Shown: one piece after another, positions 1 to 9,010 of the stretch
Layout of the letters: each line of letters begins with the position of its first letter
Position numbering within the stretch: the stretch's first letter is position 1
Source of the DNA: an uncultured archaeon
Lineage (GTDB): Archaea; Micrarchaeota; Micrarchaeia; Micrarchaeales; CABMGC01
DNA length: 32,000 nucleotides
Assembly (NCBI GenBank): GCA_963704435.1
Contig: OY969902.1
Span: 570,001-602,000, forward strand
Direction: 5' to 3'
The notes under the pieces: model-generated
Databases searched by the model: none
What the model was told of the DNA's origin: nothing
The model's input: the letters and a program-made list of their open reading frames with translations, nothing else
Translations under genes and position numbers: made by a program

Positions 1-36
1 CCTCCTTGTGGGGGAAAGTATGAAACTGGTCGCCTT

Positions 37-60
37 GCCAGCACACTTCTGTGTGCTGGC
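37..60. terminator. Perfect 10-bp hairpin GCCAGCACAC-TTCT-GTGTGCTGGC followed by CTTTTCCTT
   Basis: Read directly: perfect inverted repeat with a 4-nt loop and a T/C-rich 3' flank; possible 3' end of an upstream transcript or a structured RNA element. Confidence 0.45.
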
Positions 61-173
61 CTTTTCCTTATTCACTGCTTATAAGAATAAAAACCCTATT
101 CACGGTGCGCCGAGTCAAAACCTTTAACTTCTTTGTCGTGCCTAATTCTCATGTTTAACGGAGCGGCGGTCGG

Positions 174-1124
174 ATGGCGAAAGAGAAGAGCATCAAGGAG
201 ATAGAGGACCTTCCCGGAATAGGGCCAGCCACCGCCGAGAAACTGCGCGCCGCAGGGTACGAAAACATCGAGAAGGTGGCCGCCTCGGCGCCCTACGTCC
301 TGTCCGAGCTGCTGGGGATAAGCGCCGAGAACGCCAAGAAGGCCATAGAGGCAGCCAGGCAGGCGACGAACATAGAGGTAGAGACCGCCCAGCAGGCCTA
401 CGAGAAGAGGAAGGCCATAGGAAGGATAGCCACGGGCTCGAAGGGCCTGGACGAGCTGCTCGGCGGAGGGGTGGAGACCAACGGCATAACCGAGGTCTAC
501 GGCAGGTTCGCCACCGGGAAGACCCAGCTGGGCTTCCAGCTCTCGGTCAACGTCCAGCTCCCTATCGGGAAGGGGGGCCTTGACGGCGCGGTGCTGTTCA
601 TAGACACCGAAGGCACTTTCAGGCCTGAGAGGATCGAGGCGGTCGCGAAGGCGGCGGACCTTGACTCCAAGAAGATATTGGACAACATATTCGTCTCAAG
701 GGTCACCACGACCGACCAGCAGATCCTGACGATTGAGAGGGCGGACAAGCTGGTCAGGGACAAGAACGTCAAGCTCATAGTGGTCGACTCGCTCATGTCG
801 CTGTTCAGGTCGGAGTTCATGGGCAGGGGCGCGCTGAACGAGAGGCAGCAGAAGCTCAACCAGCACATACACAAGCTGCAGAAGCTGTCCGACGACCACT
901 CCCTCGCGGTCTACATAACCAACCAGGTCATGGACAACCCAGGCATCCTGTTCGGCGACCCGACGACTCCGGTGGGAGGGAACATCGTGGCGCACGCGGC
1001 CACGACCCGGCTCTACATAAGGAAGAGCAAGGAGGACAAGAGGATAGTCCGGCTGGTGGACTCCCCGAACATGCCCGAGGGCGAGACCGTCATAAAGATA
1101 ACGACCAACGGGATAAAGGATTGA
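174..1124 (+). CDS. radA: DNA repair and recombination protein RadA
   Basis: N-terminal HhH (LPGIGPATAEKL), Walker A GRFATGKTQ, Walker B-like LIVVDSLMSLFRSEF, family signature ERQQKLNQHIHKL. Confidence 0.97.
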   Translation: MAKEKSIKEIEDLPGIGPATAEKLRAAGYENIEKVAASAPYVLSELLGISAENAKKAIEAARQATNIEVETAQQAYEKRKAIGRIATGSKGLDELLGGGVETNGITEVYGRFATGKTQLGFQLSVNVQLPIGKGGLDGAVLFIDTEGTFRPERIEAVAKAADLDSKKILDNIFVSRVTTTDQQILTIERADKLVRDKNVKLIVVDSLMSLFRSEFMGRGALNERQQKLNQHIHKLQKLSDDHSLAVYITNQVMDNPGILFGDPTTPVGGNIVAHAATTRLYIRKSKEDKRIVRLVDSPNMPEGETVIKITTNGIKD

Positions 1125-1168
1125 GCCTCCTTTTATTCCAGATTTCCGCGCTTTTTGGGTGATACGCC

Positions 1169-1942
1169 ATGCTATCCATAATCGGCCTCGGCTTGGACTT
1201 CCGGGACATATCCTTGAGGGCGATGGACGCGGCGAGGAAGGCGGACGTGCTGCTCCTGGAGGCATACACCTCATTCCTGCCGGACGGATACGTCGAATAC
1301 TTGGAGAAGGAGGCCGGGAAGAAGGCTGCTCCCCTGAAAAGGCAGGACCTTGAGGACAACGTGAAGACAACGGTCGGCAGGGCAAAGGACATGGACGTCG
1401 CCCTGCTAGTTCCTGGGGACCCCCTCGTCGCGACGACGCACCACCTGATCATCAACACGGCAAGGAAGCTGGGCGTGGAAGTCGCGGTATTCCACTCGGC
1501 AAGTGCGTTCACGGCCGCCATCGGGGAGAGCGGTCTTGACCTATACAAGTTCGGCCCTACCGCCACGGTACCCTTCTGGCACAGGAACTACGAGCCGACA
1601 TCGTTCCTTGACGTGGTGGATAGGAACCTGAGGAACGGGGAGCACACGCTCCTGCTTCTGGACGTGCAGCAGGAGCAGCACAGGCCCATGAGCATATCCG
1701 AAGCGGTCGGCATACTGAAGGGCGCGAAGGCAAAAAGGGGTGGCGGCCTCATAAGGGACGGCCTAAAGGTGATCGTACTCGCCAATGCGGGGAGGGAGGA
1801 CAGGTTCGCAGACTACCTTGCGCTTGGGGAGGCGGAAAAGAAGCTAGGGAAGGCACTTTCAGGCAAGGCGCTGTCGATCATCGTGCCCGCTAAGATGAGC
1901 TTCGCCGAAGAGGAGAACCTAAGCTCCGCGCTTTCCGGTTGA
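1169..1942 (+). CDS. dphB: Diphthine synthase (diphthamide biosynthesis methyltransferase)
   Basis: N-terminal MLSIIGLGL, EAYTSFL, LVPGDPLVATTHH, IGESGLDLYKFG and LLLLDV motifs typical of DphB/Dph5. Confidence 0.96.
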   Translation: MLSIIGLGLDFRDISLRAMDAARKADVLLLEAYTSFLPDGYVEYLEKEAGKKAAPLKRQDLEDNVKTTVGRAKDMDVALLVPGDPLVATTHHLIINTARKLGVEVAVFHSASAFTAAIGESGLDLYKFGPTATVPFWHRNYEPTSFLDVVDRNLRNGEHTLLLLDVQQEQHRPMSISEAVGILKGAKAKRGGGLIRDGLKVIVLANAGREDRFADYLALGEAEKKLGKALSGKALSIIVPAKMSFAEEENLSSALSG

Positions 1943-2995
1943 CCTGCCCTTCACCTTCCAGTACTTGAGCGTATAGACGAGGAACAGCCCGCTCACTCCT
2001 TCCAGGAACCAGGTGCTGCCTATCCTGAAGAATATCGCTATGGCCGACGCGATGCCGAACGTGATCCCCAGACCCGGGAAGAACGCCACGAGATAGCCGA
2101 TGAGCGCCGCATCGGTGACGCCCAGCGTTCCAGGTACGCCGCTCACCATCCCGAACAGCAGCGCCGAGGTGTAGATGAACAGTATGGTGGGCAGGTAATA
2201 CACAGTAAGGGGTATCCCGAAACTGAGGATTATGAAATAGAGCCCCACGCCGTTGAGGACAACCGAGGGTATCGTGAACAGCATGGCATAGGCGTAGGCG
2301 CCCTTGTCGAGCAGCTTGTGGCTCTCGAAGTAGGTGTCGCCCATCTCGAAGAACCCGCTCAGCCGCTTATGCTTCCCGAACCTCCTCTTGATGTACTCGA
2401 AGGGCTTCCTCGTGTATATGAAGACGAAGGGAAGGAGCAGCAGGGCGCTTATCACCAGGGATATCCCAAGATACTTGTGCACGAGGAACGACGATACCAG
2501 CACCACCGCTACGAAGCCAAGGAAGTCGGTGAATATGTCCGCCACCACTGCGGGGAACGTCCTGGCGAACTTGGTTCCGGTCTGCTTGTTCAGGGTGTAG
2601 GAAACGACCGCCCTTCCCCATCTTCCGGGCGTTATGTCCATGAAGAACATCGACATGTATACCTGCAGGTTCTTCAGGCGGCTGATCTTCACGCCCAGCT
2701 TCCTGATGAACATGTCCCACTTAGGGAAGCCGATGAGGTCGCTGAGGAAGAACGACAGCAGCGCCGCCGCGAAGTAGAGGGGGTTTACCGAGGCGAGGGT
2801 GCCGAGGAACTTCCCCGCGCCCTCGTTTATGATCGCGAGAGCAGCTATTACGGCGAAGACGACGAGACTGAAGGCGAGCACGGTCATTACCGCATACTTG
2901 GCCTTGCTGAGTCCGGACTTCCGCCTCCCGTCTCTACTTGCAGCGCCCTTTTTTCCAACCATTCCGAAGTCGCCCTGACGATACACGAAGTTCAA
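1919..2995 (-). CDS. Flippase-like / lysylphosphatidylglycerol synthase TM-region family integral membrane protein
   Basis: Multi-TM protein with FFLSDLIGFPKWD, MDITPGRWGRAVVSY and GVPGTLGVTDAALIGYL motifs; start codon uncertain (2995 TTG or 2962 ATG). Confidence 0.75.
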   Translation of the reverse strand: MNFVYRQGDFGMVGKKGAASRDGRRKSGLSKAKYAVMTVLAFSLVVFAVIAALAIINEGAGKFLGTLASVNPLYFAAALLSFFLSDLIGFPKWDMFIRKLGVKISRLKNLQVYMSMFFMDITPGRWGRAVVSYTLNKQTGTKFARTFPAVVADIFTDFLGFVAVVLVSSFLVHKYLGISLVISALLLLPFVFIYTRKPFEYIKRRFGKHKRLSGFFEMGDTYFESHKLLDKGAYAYAMLFTIPSVVLNGVGLYFIILSFGIPLTVYYLPTILFIYTSALLFGMVSGVPGTLGVTDAALIGYLVAFFPGLGITFGIASAIAIFFRIGSTWFLEGVSGLFLVYTLKYWKVKGRSTGKRGA

Positions 2996-3044
2996 ACTTA
3001 ATAATATCTCGCTCGCAATAGCTACTGGTTGAAGGGGTAGGCGG

Positions 3045-4202
3045 ATGCTGGAGCTCAGGTGTGGCGGCAGGGGAGCGGTTTCGGCCGCGGACGATCCGAC
3101 CCGCGACGTACTGAGGAGGGGCTTCTACGGATCCCAGTCCGGAAGGGAGCTTTCGCTCGGGATAGAGGAGAGCCTCTACCTCATCGACGTGCGGAACGCG
3201 GCCTGCACCCGCGGTGGCAGGACCCTCACGTTCGGGGAGCTCGCCTCCGGGTTCTGGAAATCCAGGAAGTTCATGGCGCGGTATTTCTCATACAAGGACT
3301 GGCGCGAGCGCGGACTCGTGGCCATCAGCCCGAAGAAGCGCTATACGCCGCCAAACAGCACCCCGGTCAGGCAGTATCCCTCGTCGTCATTCCACCTTCC
3401 GAGATACGACCTCCACGGCGTGTTCTTCAAGACCGACCTTATGACCGTGGTGGCAGAGGAGGAGCAGGGGAAGGAGCTCTACGAGAACCACTGGCTCGGC
3501 CAGTACGGCTCCTACAAGGCGTCCGACAGGGGCAGGCTTAACAAGCTCGACGTGTACGAGGCGCTGTTCCTCATCGAGAAGGGCGCTCTCTCCCTGGAGA
3601 ACGCGACGAAGGCGGAGCTCCTGAAGGACGCGCGGCGAAGGCACGCGGATTTCCAGAGCCTGTACGGGGTCTACAAGGACTGGCGAGAGAAGGGATACGT
3701 CGTGAAGACAGGATTCAAGTTCGGGACCCACTTCAGGGTATACTTCCCGGGCGCAAGGCCGATGAGGAGGGACGATCGGGGTTGGGCCCACTCCCGGCAC
3801 GTAATACACGTCTTCCCCAAGAACTCGCGGCTGCTCATATCCGAATGGGCGAGGGCGATACGCGTCGCGCACTCGGTGAGGAAGACCTTCATACTCGCGG
3901 TGCCCGGCAGGACCGGAGGCGGGAGGGTGGAAGTGGACTTCATACTCTACCACCGGCACGGAGGGGTCGCGGACAACCCGCAGAACGCAAGGCCCAAGTA
4001 CGCGATGCTGTCGTTGGGGGAGGAGGAGTACATCGGCGGGCAGGAGCTGTACAAGGCGATAAACGAGGCGAAGAAGAGAAGGATGGAGCTCATACTTGCC
4101 ATCGCGGACAGGGAGACGGCAGTGACCTACTATCGGGTGACACGGATAAGGATGCCCAGGAGCAGGCACGACTACTTCGAGATTGACTGGTTCCAACCCT
4201 GA
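3045..4202 (+). CDS. endA: tRNA-splicing endonuclease, single-chain three-unit (epsilon-2/ARMAN-like) architecture
   Basis: Three repeated units: N-terminal YGSQSGRELSLGIEESLYL...YKDWRERGL; catalytic YGSYKASDRGRLNKLDVYEALFLIEKG...YKDWREKGYVVKTGFKFGTHFRVYFPG...HSRHVIHV...AHSVRKTFILAV (Tyr/His/Lys triad); and a third C-terminal unit ending EIDWFQP. Confidence 0.9.
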   Translation: MLELRCGGRGAVSAADDPTRDVLRRGFYGSQSGRELSLGIEESLYLIDVRNAACTRGGRTLTFGELASGFWKSRKFMARYFSYKDWRERGLVAISPKKRYTPPNSTPVRQYPSSSFHLPRYDLHGVFFKTDLMTVVAEEEQGKELYENHWLGQYGSYKASDRGRLNKLDVYEALFLIEKGALSLENATKAELLKDARRRHADFQSLYGVYKDWREKGYVVKTGFKFGTHFRVYFPGARPMRRDDRGWAHSRHVIHVFPKNSRLLISEWARAIRVAHSVRKTFILAVPGRTGGGRVEVDFILYHRHGGVADNPQNARPKYAMLSLGEEEYIGGQELYKAINEAKKRRMELILAIADRETAVTYYRVTRIRMPRSRHDYFEIDWFQP

Positions 4203-4346
4203 GAGCGGAGGAGCGCAATTCCAGTCAAAGTGCAGTAAGAAGCGTGCGGCCTTCCGAAATAGGAGAATTCCTGGCTTCACGGAATAGCCTTTTTAATATT
4301 TGCATCGATATACCTACAGCTGTTAAAGGCGACAAAAGGCGATAAA

Positions 4347-4625
4347 ATGAAGCTGTCCGAACTTTATAGGATGGATGTGTATAGCGATGCAGGCCAGTAC
4401 CTCGGAGAGGTGCAGGACGTGATAGTTGACCTGGAGAAGGGAGAGATAAGCAGGCTCCTCATGATTCCGTGGAAGACCGCGAAGGGAGACGTGAAGACAA
4501 CGCTCAGGCAGAAGAGCATACTCTACAAGAGCGTCAAGAACGTGGAGGACGTCGTGCTGGTTTCTGCGCCGAACGTTGCGGTCGACAACACTACGAAAGA
4601 CGAGGTAAACGACCTCTCCAGGTAG
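4347..4625 (+). CDS. PRC-barrel domain protein
   Basis: MKLSELYRMDVYSDAGQYLGEVQDVIVDLEKGEISRLL is a typical PRC-barrel pattern. Confidence 0.85.
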   Translation: MKLSELYRMDVYSDAGQYLGEVQDVIVDLEKGEISRLLMIPWKTAKGDVKTTLRQKSILYKSVKNVEDVVLVSAPNVAVDNTTKDEVNDLSR

Positions 4626-4696
4626 TCGGCGTTCGTTCCCAGCAGGCAACTGCCAGTTGTTTTGAAGGCCAGCGCGAGCTTCGGATTCCAGTCCTT

Positions 4697-5332
4697 TCAC
4701 TTCCCGAGCTCAGAGTCCACCACCATTGCAATCCTCTTGTGGATCTCCTCAGGGCGCTCTCTTCCGTCCAGGCGGACCCACTTTTCAGTGCCGAACCCCT
4801 CGCGGATCATCCTTTCGTAGAATTCGCATATGCGCTCCTGGAAGGCCCTGTCGCTCTCGTGCGCGTCGCTGTTCCTGTTCTCGTCGTTCACCCTCTGCCT
4901 CTCCTTCCTGGCCATGGCCTCCTGCACCGGGAGGTCGATGTAGAACACGATGTCGGGCCTCTGAAGCGCGAAAAGTTCCTCGATGCTTTTGGCTTTCCCA
5001 TAGTCGAATCCGCTTGCCGACTGGTATGCCACGGTGCTGATGAAATACCTGTCCATTATCAGGATCTTTCCCGCCCTGAGCTCCTCGCTTACCTCTGCGC
5101 GGTCCTTTATCATGTCTATCAGGTACAGCATGAAGAGCTCCTCGACGCCGCTCAGGACTCTCTTCCTGTCCAAGTATTCCCTAATCATCCTCCCGTAGTC
5201 CCGGTCGTAATCAGGGTAGTGGCGGTACCATACCTTCTGCCCTCGCTTTGACAGGTGCTCCTCAAGGAGCTTGAGCTGGGTGCCCTTCCCTGTGCCGTCG
5301 ATGCCTTCAATCACGAAAAGCTTCCCCTTCAA
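4697..5332 (-). CDS. tmk: Thymidylate kinase
   Basis: P-loop GIDGTGKGTQ, MDRYFISTVAYQSASG, DIVFYIDLP. Confidence 0.9.
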   Translation of the reverse strand: MKGKLFVIEGIDGTGKGTQLKLLEEHLSKRGQKVWYRHYPDYDRDYGRMIREYLDRKRVLSGVEELFMLYLIDMIKDRAEVSEELRAGKILIMDRYFISTVAYQSASGFDYGKAKSIEELFALQRPDIVFYIDLPVQEAMARKERQRVNDENRNSDAHESDRAFQERICEFYERMIREGFGTEKWVRLDGRERPEEIHKRIAMVVDSELGK

Positions 5333-5432
5333 GAAATCACGGCCCTAGCGTGTATTTGGACGCAGCCTATTTTATTATTTCCATAAGGCGGCCGGGCCAA
5401 GGGGCGCAGGCTTATAAAAAAGCTCGTCGAAT

Positions 5433-6068
5433 ATGAATACGGGCGTTTCTACGGCTGCTAGGGGCAAATTCATAGTGTTAGAGGGACTGGACGGTGCTGG
5501 GATATCCACCCAGGCGCCCCGCCTGGAGCAGCACCTGAAGGCGTGCGGCTGCAAGACCCTCCTGACCAAGGAGCCGACGTCGAACCAGATCGGCAAGTTC
5601 ATAAAGTCCGCCCTGAACGAGGACTGGCGTGCGACCTCGAAATCCCTGCAGCTGCTCTTCATCGCCGACAGGGCAAAGCATCTCGAGGACGAGATAGAGC
5701 CCGCGCTTGAGGCGGGCAGGTTCGTAATCTGCAACAGGTATTTCTTCTCCACGCTCGCCTATGGCTTCGCGACAGGAGTCAACTTCGAGTGGCTGTACGC
5801 GGCGAACAAGACATTCAGGGTGCCCGACCTCACGATATTCGTCGACATCTCCCCTGACCTCTCGATGAGCCGGATAATGAAGGGCAAGGAGAGGAGGGAG
5901 ATATTCGAGAAAAGGGAGATGCAGGGCAAGGTCAGGAAGGCATACCTGAACCTGGCGAAGAAATTCAAGTTCAGGATAGTCAACGGAGAGAACGGCGTGG
6001 ACGAGACGAGCGGAGAGATAACCAAGGTGGTCGACGCTTTCTTCAAGCTCAAGCCAAAGAATAAATAG
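5433..6068 (+). CDS. Divergent thymidylate kinase-like protein with substituted P-loop lysine
   Basis: VLEGLDGAGISTQ...CNRYFFSTLAYG...PDLTIFVDISP; TMK-like layout but GK[ST] is GIS and DRY is NRY. Confidence 0.8.
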   Translation: MNTGVSTAARGKFIVLEGLDGAGISTQAPRLEQHLKACGCKTLLTKEPTSNQIGKFIKSALNEDWRATSKSLQLLFIADRAKHLEDEIEPALEAGRFVICNRYFFSTLAYGFATGVNFEWLYAANKTFRVPDLTIFVDISPDLSMSRIMKGKERREIFEKREMQGKVRKAYLNLAKKFKFRIVNGENGVDETSGEITKVVDAFFKLKPKNK

Positions 6069-6090
6069 CGCGAGAGCGCAATAGGCTTCA

Positions 6091-6165
6091 GCTCCCATCG
6101 TCTAGTCCGGCCAAGGACATAGGGCTTTCAACCCTGTAACCCGGGTTCAAATCCCGGTGGGAGCA
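6091..6165 (+). tRNA. tRNA-Glu (anticodon TTC)
   Basis: Acceptor GCTCCCA/TGGGAGC, D-stem GTCT/GGAC, anticodon stem TAGGG/CCCTG with loop CTTTCAA, T-arm CCGGG-TTCAAAT-CCCGG, discriminator A, no encoded CCA, no intron. Confidence 0.95.
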
Positions 6166-6225
6166 AAGGAATATCTGCCGTCGCACTAGGCCGAAAATCC
6201 GTAGCCGCAAACCAGCCAAGGCATT

Positions 6226-6633
6226 TTAGAACATCAGGCGATAATTGGAATAGGCCAATTTCTCTTCTTTTGCACGCGCTTCAGCCCGATCCCGCACGCA
6301 GAGTGCTCGCACGGCCAGGCGGCGAACATGCTTGAATTTATTCCCGTTATCTTTTGTGCTTATGCGCCCGGTGCACGTAAGCGCGTTGGCGATTAATTGC
6401 TTTATCCTGTCGCGCTCGTCAGTACCCAGATTTAATTCCCTCAAATTGCGCTCATCAATCGCATCCCGCAATAAGCGGTGCAGATTCGCCGCCGCCACTC
6501 CCCACTCACTCCAAATGTTTCTCGGCGTATTGATGGTGATCTTCAGCGCGCTATCAAGCAGTCTTTCGAAACCGCCGCTCTCACCATGCGCATTTTCCCT
6601 TACCAACACGACCTTACTCATCGTACCTTTCAA
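6226..6633 (-). CDS. Hypothetical protein
   Basis: Uninterrupted 135-codon ORF in the gap between tRNA-Glu and the HTH gene; no recognised domain; lower GC than neighbours. Confidence 0.45.
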   Translation of the reverse strand: MKGTMSKVVLVRENAHGESGGFERLLDSALKITINTPRNIWSEWGVAAANLHRLLRDAIDERNLRELNLGTDERDRIKQLIANALTCTGRISTKDNGNKFKHVRRLAVRALCVRDRAEARAKEEKLAYSNYRLMF

Positions 6634-6710
6634 CCATCTGTTTTCGTGTTTAATATCCTTTTGCCGTGTTTTATGAAACAGGATATAAGCTTTGTCCGCG
6701 AATAGGAATC

Positions 6711-7577
6711 ATGAAGCGGAAGCCGGTGCTGAAGGAGGCGGAGTCAGAGCTAGGCTCGAACGGATACGCTACGGTGCTGGCGGGGAACATGCGGACCTGT
6801 GCGGACATATTCGCTCAGAAGAAGGGTGAGAAGCTCGCGATAAAGGTGGTGCGCAACATAGACTCCGTAAGCGAGAGGGAAGCGTCCGTGCTCTACAAGC
6901 TGTCGCGCTTCATCAACGCGGAGCCGATAATCGTCGGGGCGGTGTCAAGGAACGGCAGGCTCAGACATGGAATCAGCTACGACAGGTTCTCGGTCAGGTG
7001 CGTGTCCGCGGAGACCCTATCGAATCTCTCGGAAAGCCAGTGCCACCCCGCCTCGAAGGCGTTCGGGGTGAAGGTGAGGATAAGCGGTGCAAAGCTCAGG
7101 AGCCTCAGGAAGCTCGGCAACCTCTCCATAACCGAGCTCGCGCGCCGCGCTGGCCTGTCGAAGCACACGCTCTACAAGCACGAGAGGGCCGACAGCTACG
7201 CTTCGATGGCGACGGTATCGCGGCTCGAGATCGCGCTCAAGGAACCGATAAGGGCCGATGCTGAGGAGGAAAGTGCGCGCGCGCAAATGCGCACGGGAAG
7301 GCTCGCGAAAACCGGCATACTTGCGATAACGCTAAACAGCGCGCCTTTCGACATTGTTGCCAAGAACAAGAACTACTACGAAATCAGCCTGGAGGCGGAT
7401 CTCAGGACGCTCGTCAAGAGAGCGGAGCTGTTCAGGCTGATGCGCGAGAACTTCGAGGGCAACTACCCATTCTTCATAAGCGGCAGGAAAAGGTCCATAG
7501 GAGGAATCCCTGCAATAAGGAAGAAGGAGCTCATGGCATTCGCGTCTGAGGAAGAACTGCTGAATGCCGTCTTCTGA
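6711..7577 (+). CDS. HTH-type transcriptional regulator, COG1395-like archaeal family
   Basis: SGAKLRSLRKLGNLSITELARRAGLSKHTLYKHE (XRE-like HTH) after a conserved N-terminal domain. Start at 6711 preferred over the tracked 6666 because ATATAAG at about 6683 lies about 27 nt upstream. Confidence 0.75.
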   Translation: MKRKPVLKEAESELGSNGYATVLAGNMRTCADIFAQKKGEKLAIKVVRNIDSVSEREASVLYKLSRFINAEPIIVGAVSRNGRLRHGISYDRFSVRCVSAETLSNLSESQCHPASKAFGVKVRISGAKLRSLRKLGNLSITELARRAGLSKHTLYKHERADSYASMATVSRLEIALKEPIRADAEEESARAQMRTGRLAKTGILAITLNSAPFDIVAKNKNYYEISLEADLRTLVKRAELFRLMRENFEGNYPFFISGRKRSIGGIPAIRKKELMAFASEEELLNAVF

Positions 7578-7581
7578 CGGT

Positions 7582-8442
7582 CTATACCAACATCAGGAGT
7601 ACAACGTTGCCGAACAGGAGCGCTATGACCACACCTGCAAGCATGAAGGCGGCAAGCGGCGCAGCGCTGGAGTAGGCAAGCACCTCGTCCTTCGCCCCCT
7701 GCGCTTCAATCGCCAGCTTCCCGGTGACCAGCTTTCCAAAGCTCCTGTATTTCCTGGACAGGCGCTTCACATCGACCTTGCCCATGAGTCCCGTCGCTAT
7801 CATGTCGCCCTCCGCGAGCCGCCCGAGCGGAGTGGGCTGTATCATCCTCGCGGTTATCTTCTCCTCGAAAACTAGGATTATTACGGAAGGGACAGCCACC
7901 AGGATTATCAGGGCGATGCTCTCGAGCGCAAACCCATACAGGTAATAGACCATGAGCAGCAGCGCTGCGTAGAGCGCAGCTAGCGTCACCCCCATGAAGA
8001 CGTGGCGCACATTGACCTTCGATTCCCAGTCCGTTTTCTTCTTGAATATCAGGTAATAGGGAGGGACGACCCAGACCGCGACCAGGCCCGTCGCGATGAA
8101 TACCGAGAGGACGAATGGCAGCCCGAACTGCCCCACAGCCACCAGCAGCGGCTGCGGCTGCACCGGAAGCAGAAGGCTTATCGCCACCAGCGCGAAGAAG
8201 TCGCCCGCACCCCACAGCCCCATCCGGTATATCGCGTAACCGAGCGCTCCGACTATTAGCGCGATCGCGAAGCTGTATGCGGCGCCGCCGGAGTCGAAGG
8301 CGAGGGTCATGGCAACTCCGATTGCGATGCTCGCATATGCGAAGACGTCGGGCACGTTGCGGTCGTTGAAGAGGTCGAACGACGCGTAGAGCACGGTTAT
8401 TATCGCAAGGACGAGCAGCTGTATCGAGAAAGCTACCGACAT
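7582..8442 (-). CDS. Type IV prepilin/preflagellin (A24-family) aspartic peptidase
   Basis: Two-Asp signature: LYASFDLFNDRNVPDVFAY and WGAGDFFALVAISLLLP (GxGD). Internal start 8442 preferred over 8505 because it places the first Asp at about residue 23 and fits a TATA-like box at about 8467. Confidence 0.8.
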   Translation of the reverse strand: MSVAFSIQLLVLAIITVLYASFDLFNDRNVPDVFAYASIAIGVAMTLAFDSGGAAYSFAIALIVGALGYAIYRMGLWGAGDFFALVAISLLLPVQPQPLLVAVGQFGLPFVLSVFIATGLVAVWVVPPYYLIFKKKTDWESKVNVRHVFMGVTLAALYAALLLMVYYLYGFALESIALIILVAVPSVIILVFEEKITARMIQPTPLGRLAEGDMIATGLMGKVDVKRLSRKYRSFGKLVTGKLAIEAQGAKDEVLAYSSAAPLAAFMLAGVVIALLFGNVVLLMLV

Positions 8443-8503
8443 AATGACCCATTTTAGTACAAAAGCTTTAAAACCTTTAACAAAGAAGGGAAGTACGACA
8501 GAC

Positions 8504-8614
8504 ATGCAGGGTCAAGGCAATAGCATAGGCGGAATCTTTTCCTCATGGCTAGCCATGCACATGCCTCTGACGGTTAAGTTCTACTGCATCAACAGGATAA
8601 GGCCCGCTGCATAA
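8504..8614 (+). CDS. Possible 36-aa small ORF MQGQGNSIGGIFSSWLAMHMPLTVKFYCINRIRPAA
   Basis: ATG about 25-30 nt after TTTAAAACCTTTAA; no homology recognised. Confidence 0.15.
   Translation: MQGQGNSIGGIFSSWLAMHMPLTVKFYCINRIRPAA
8544..8557. promoter_or_regulatory. 14-bp perfect palindrome CATGGCTAGCCATG in the divergent intergenic region
   Basis: Read directly; lies upstream of a winged-helix regulator gene. Confidence 0.35.
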
Positions 8615-8647
8615 GGGCGCACATAAATCTCCTTTCTGGGTGCTCTC

Positions 8648-9007
8648 ATGCAAGCGGGTATTAGATATAGCGATGCTCTTTTCGGGTTCCGGCTCAGCGA
8701 CAAGGCCGTGATGATCGTCGCTGAGATAGGGCTCGATGAGATAGCCACGGCAACGAGCTTCATAGAGTACTTCTGCTCGAAATACGGCATGTCGAAGAGC
8801 GGCGCGTGGTACTGCCTGAAGAAATTGAAGAAGGCGGGAATCGTCTCGTTCACCGAGAAGGGAGAGCAGTACACTCCGCTCAGCCTGACCGAGAAGGGCG
8901 TTGAGCTGTTCAGGCAGTTCAGAAGCATCACCGCCCGCGATGGCGTAGCAATCCGCCCGCAAGTCTTGGCAGCAGGCGTAGCGGCGCCGTCAGGTGGATA
9001 CGCTTAA
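8648..9007 (+). CDS. Winged-helix/MarR-like DNA-binding protein
   Basis: SKSGAWYCLKKLKKAGIVSFTEKGEQYTPLSLTEKGVELFRQF matches a wHTH pattern with a 'LTEKG' wing. Confidence 0.65.
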   Translation: MQAGIRYSDALFGFRLSDKAVMIVAEIGLDEIATATSFIEYFCSKYGMSKSGAWYCLKKLKKAGIVSFTEKGEQYTPLSLTEKGVELFRQFRSITARDGVAIRPQVLAAGVAAPSGGYA

Positions 9008-9010
9008 GAG

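Noticed and set aside
4323-4346. Short repeat AAAGGCGACAAAAGGCGATAAAA before the PRC-barrel gene
   Set aside because: Only two short imperfect copies; not enough to call a repeat element or regulatory site.
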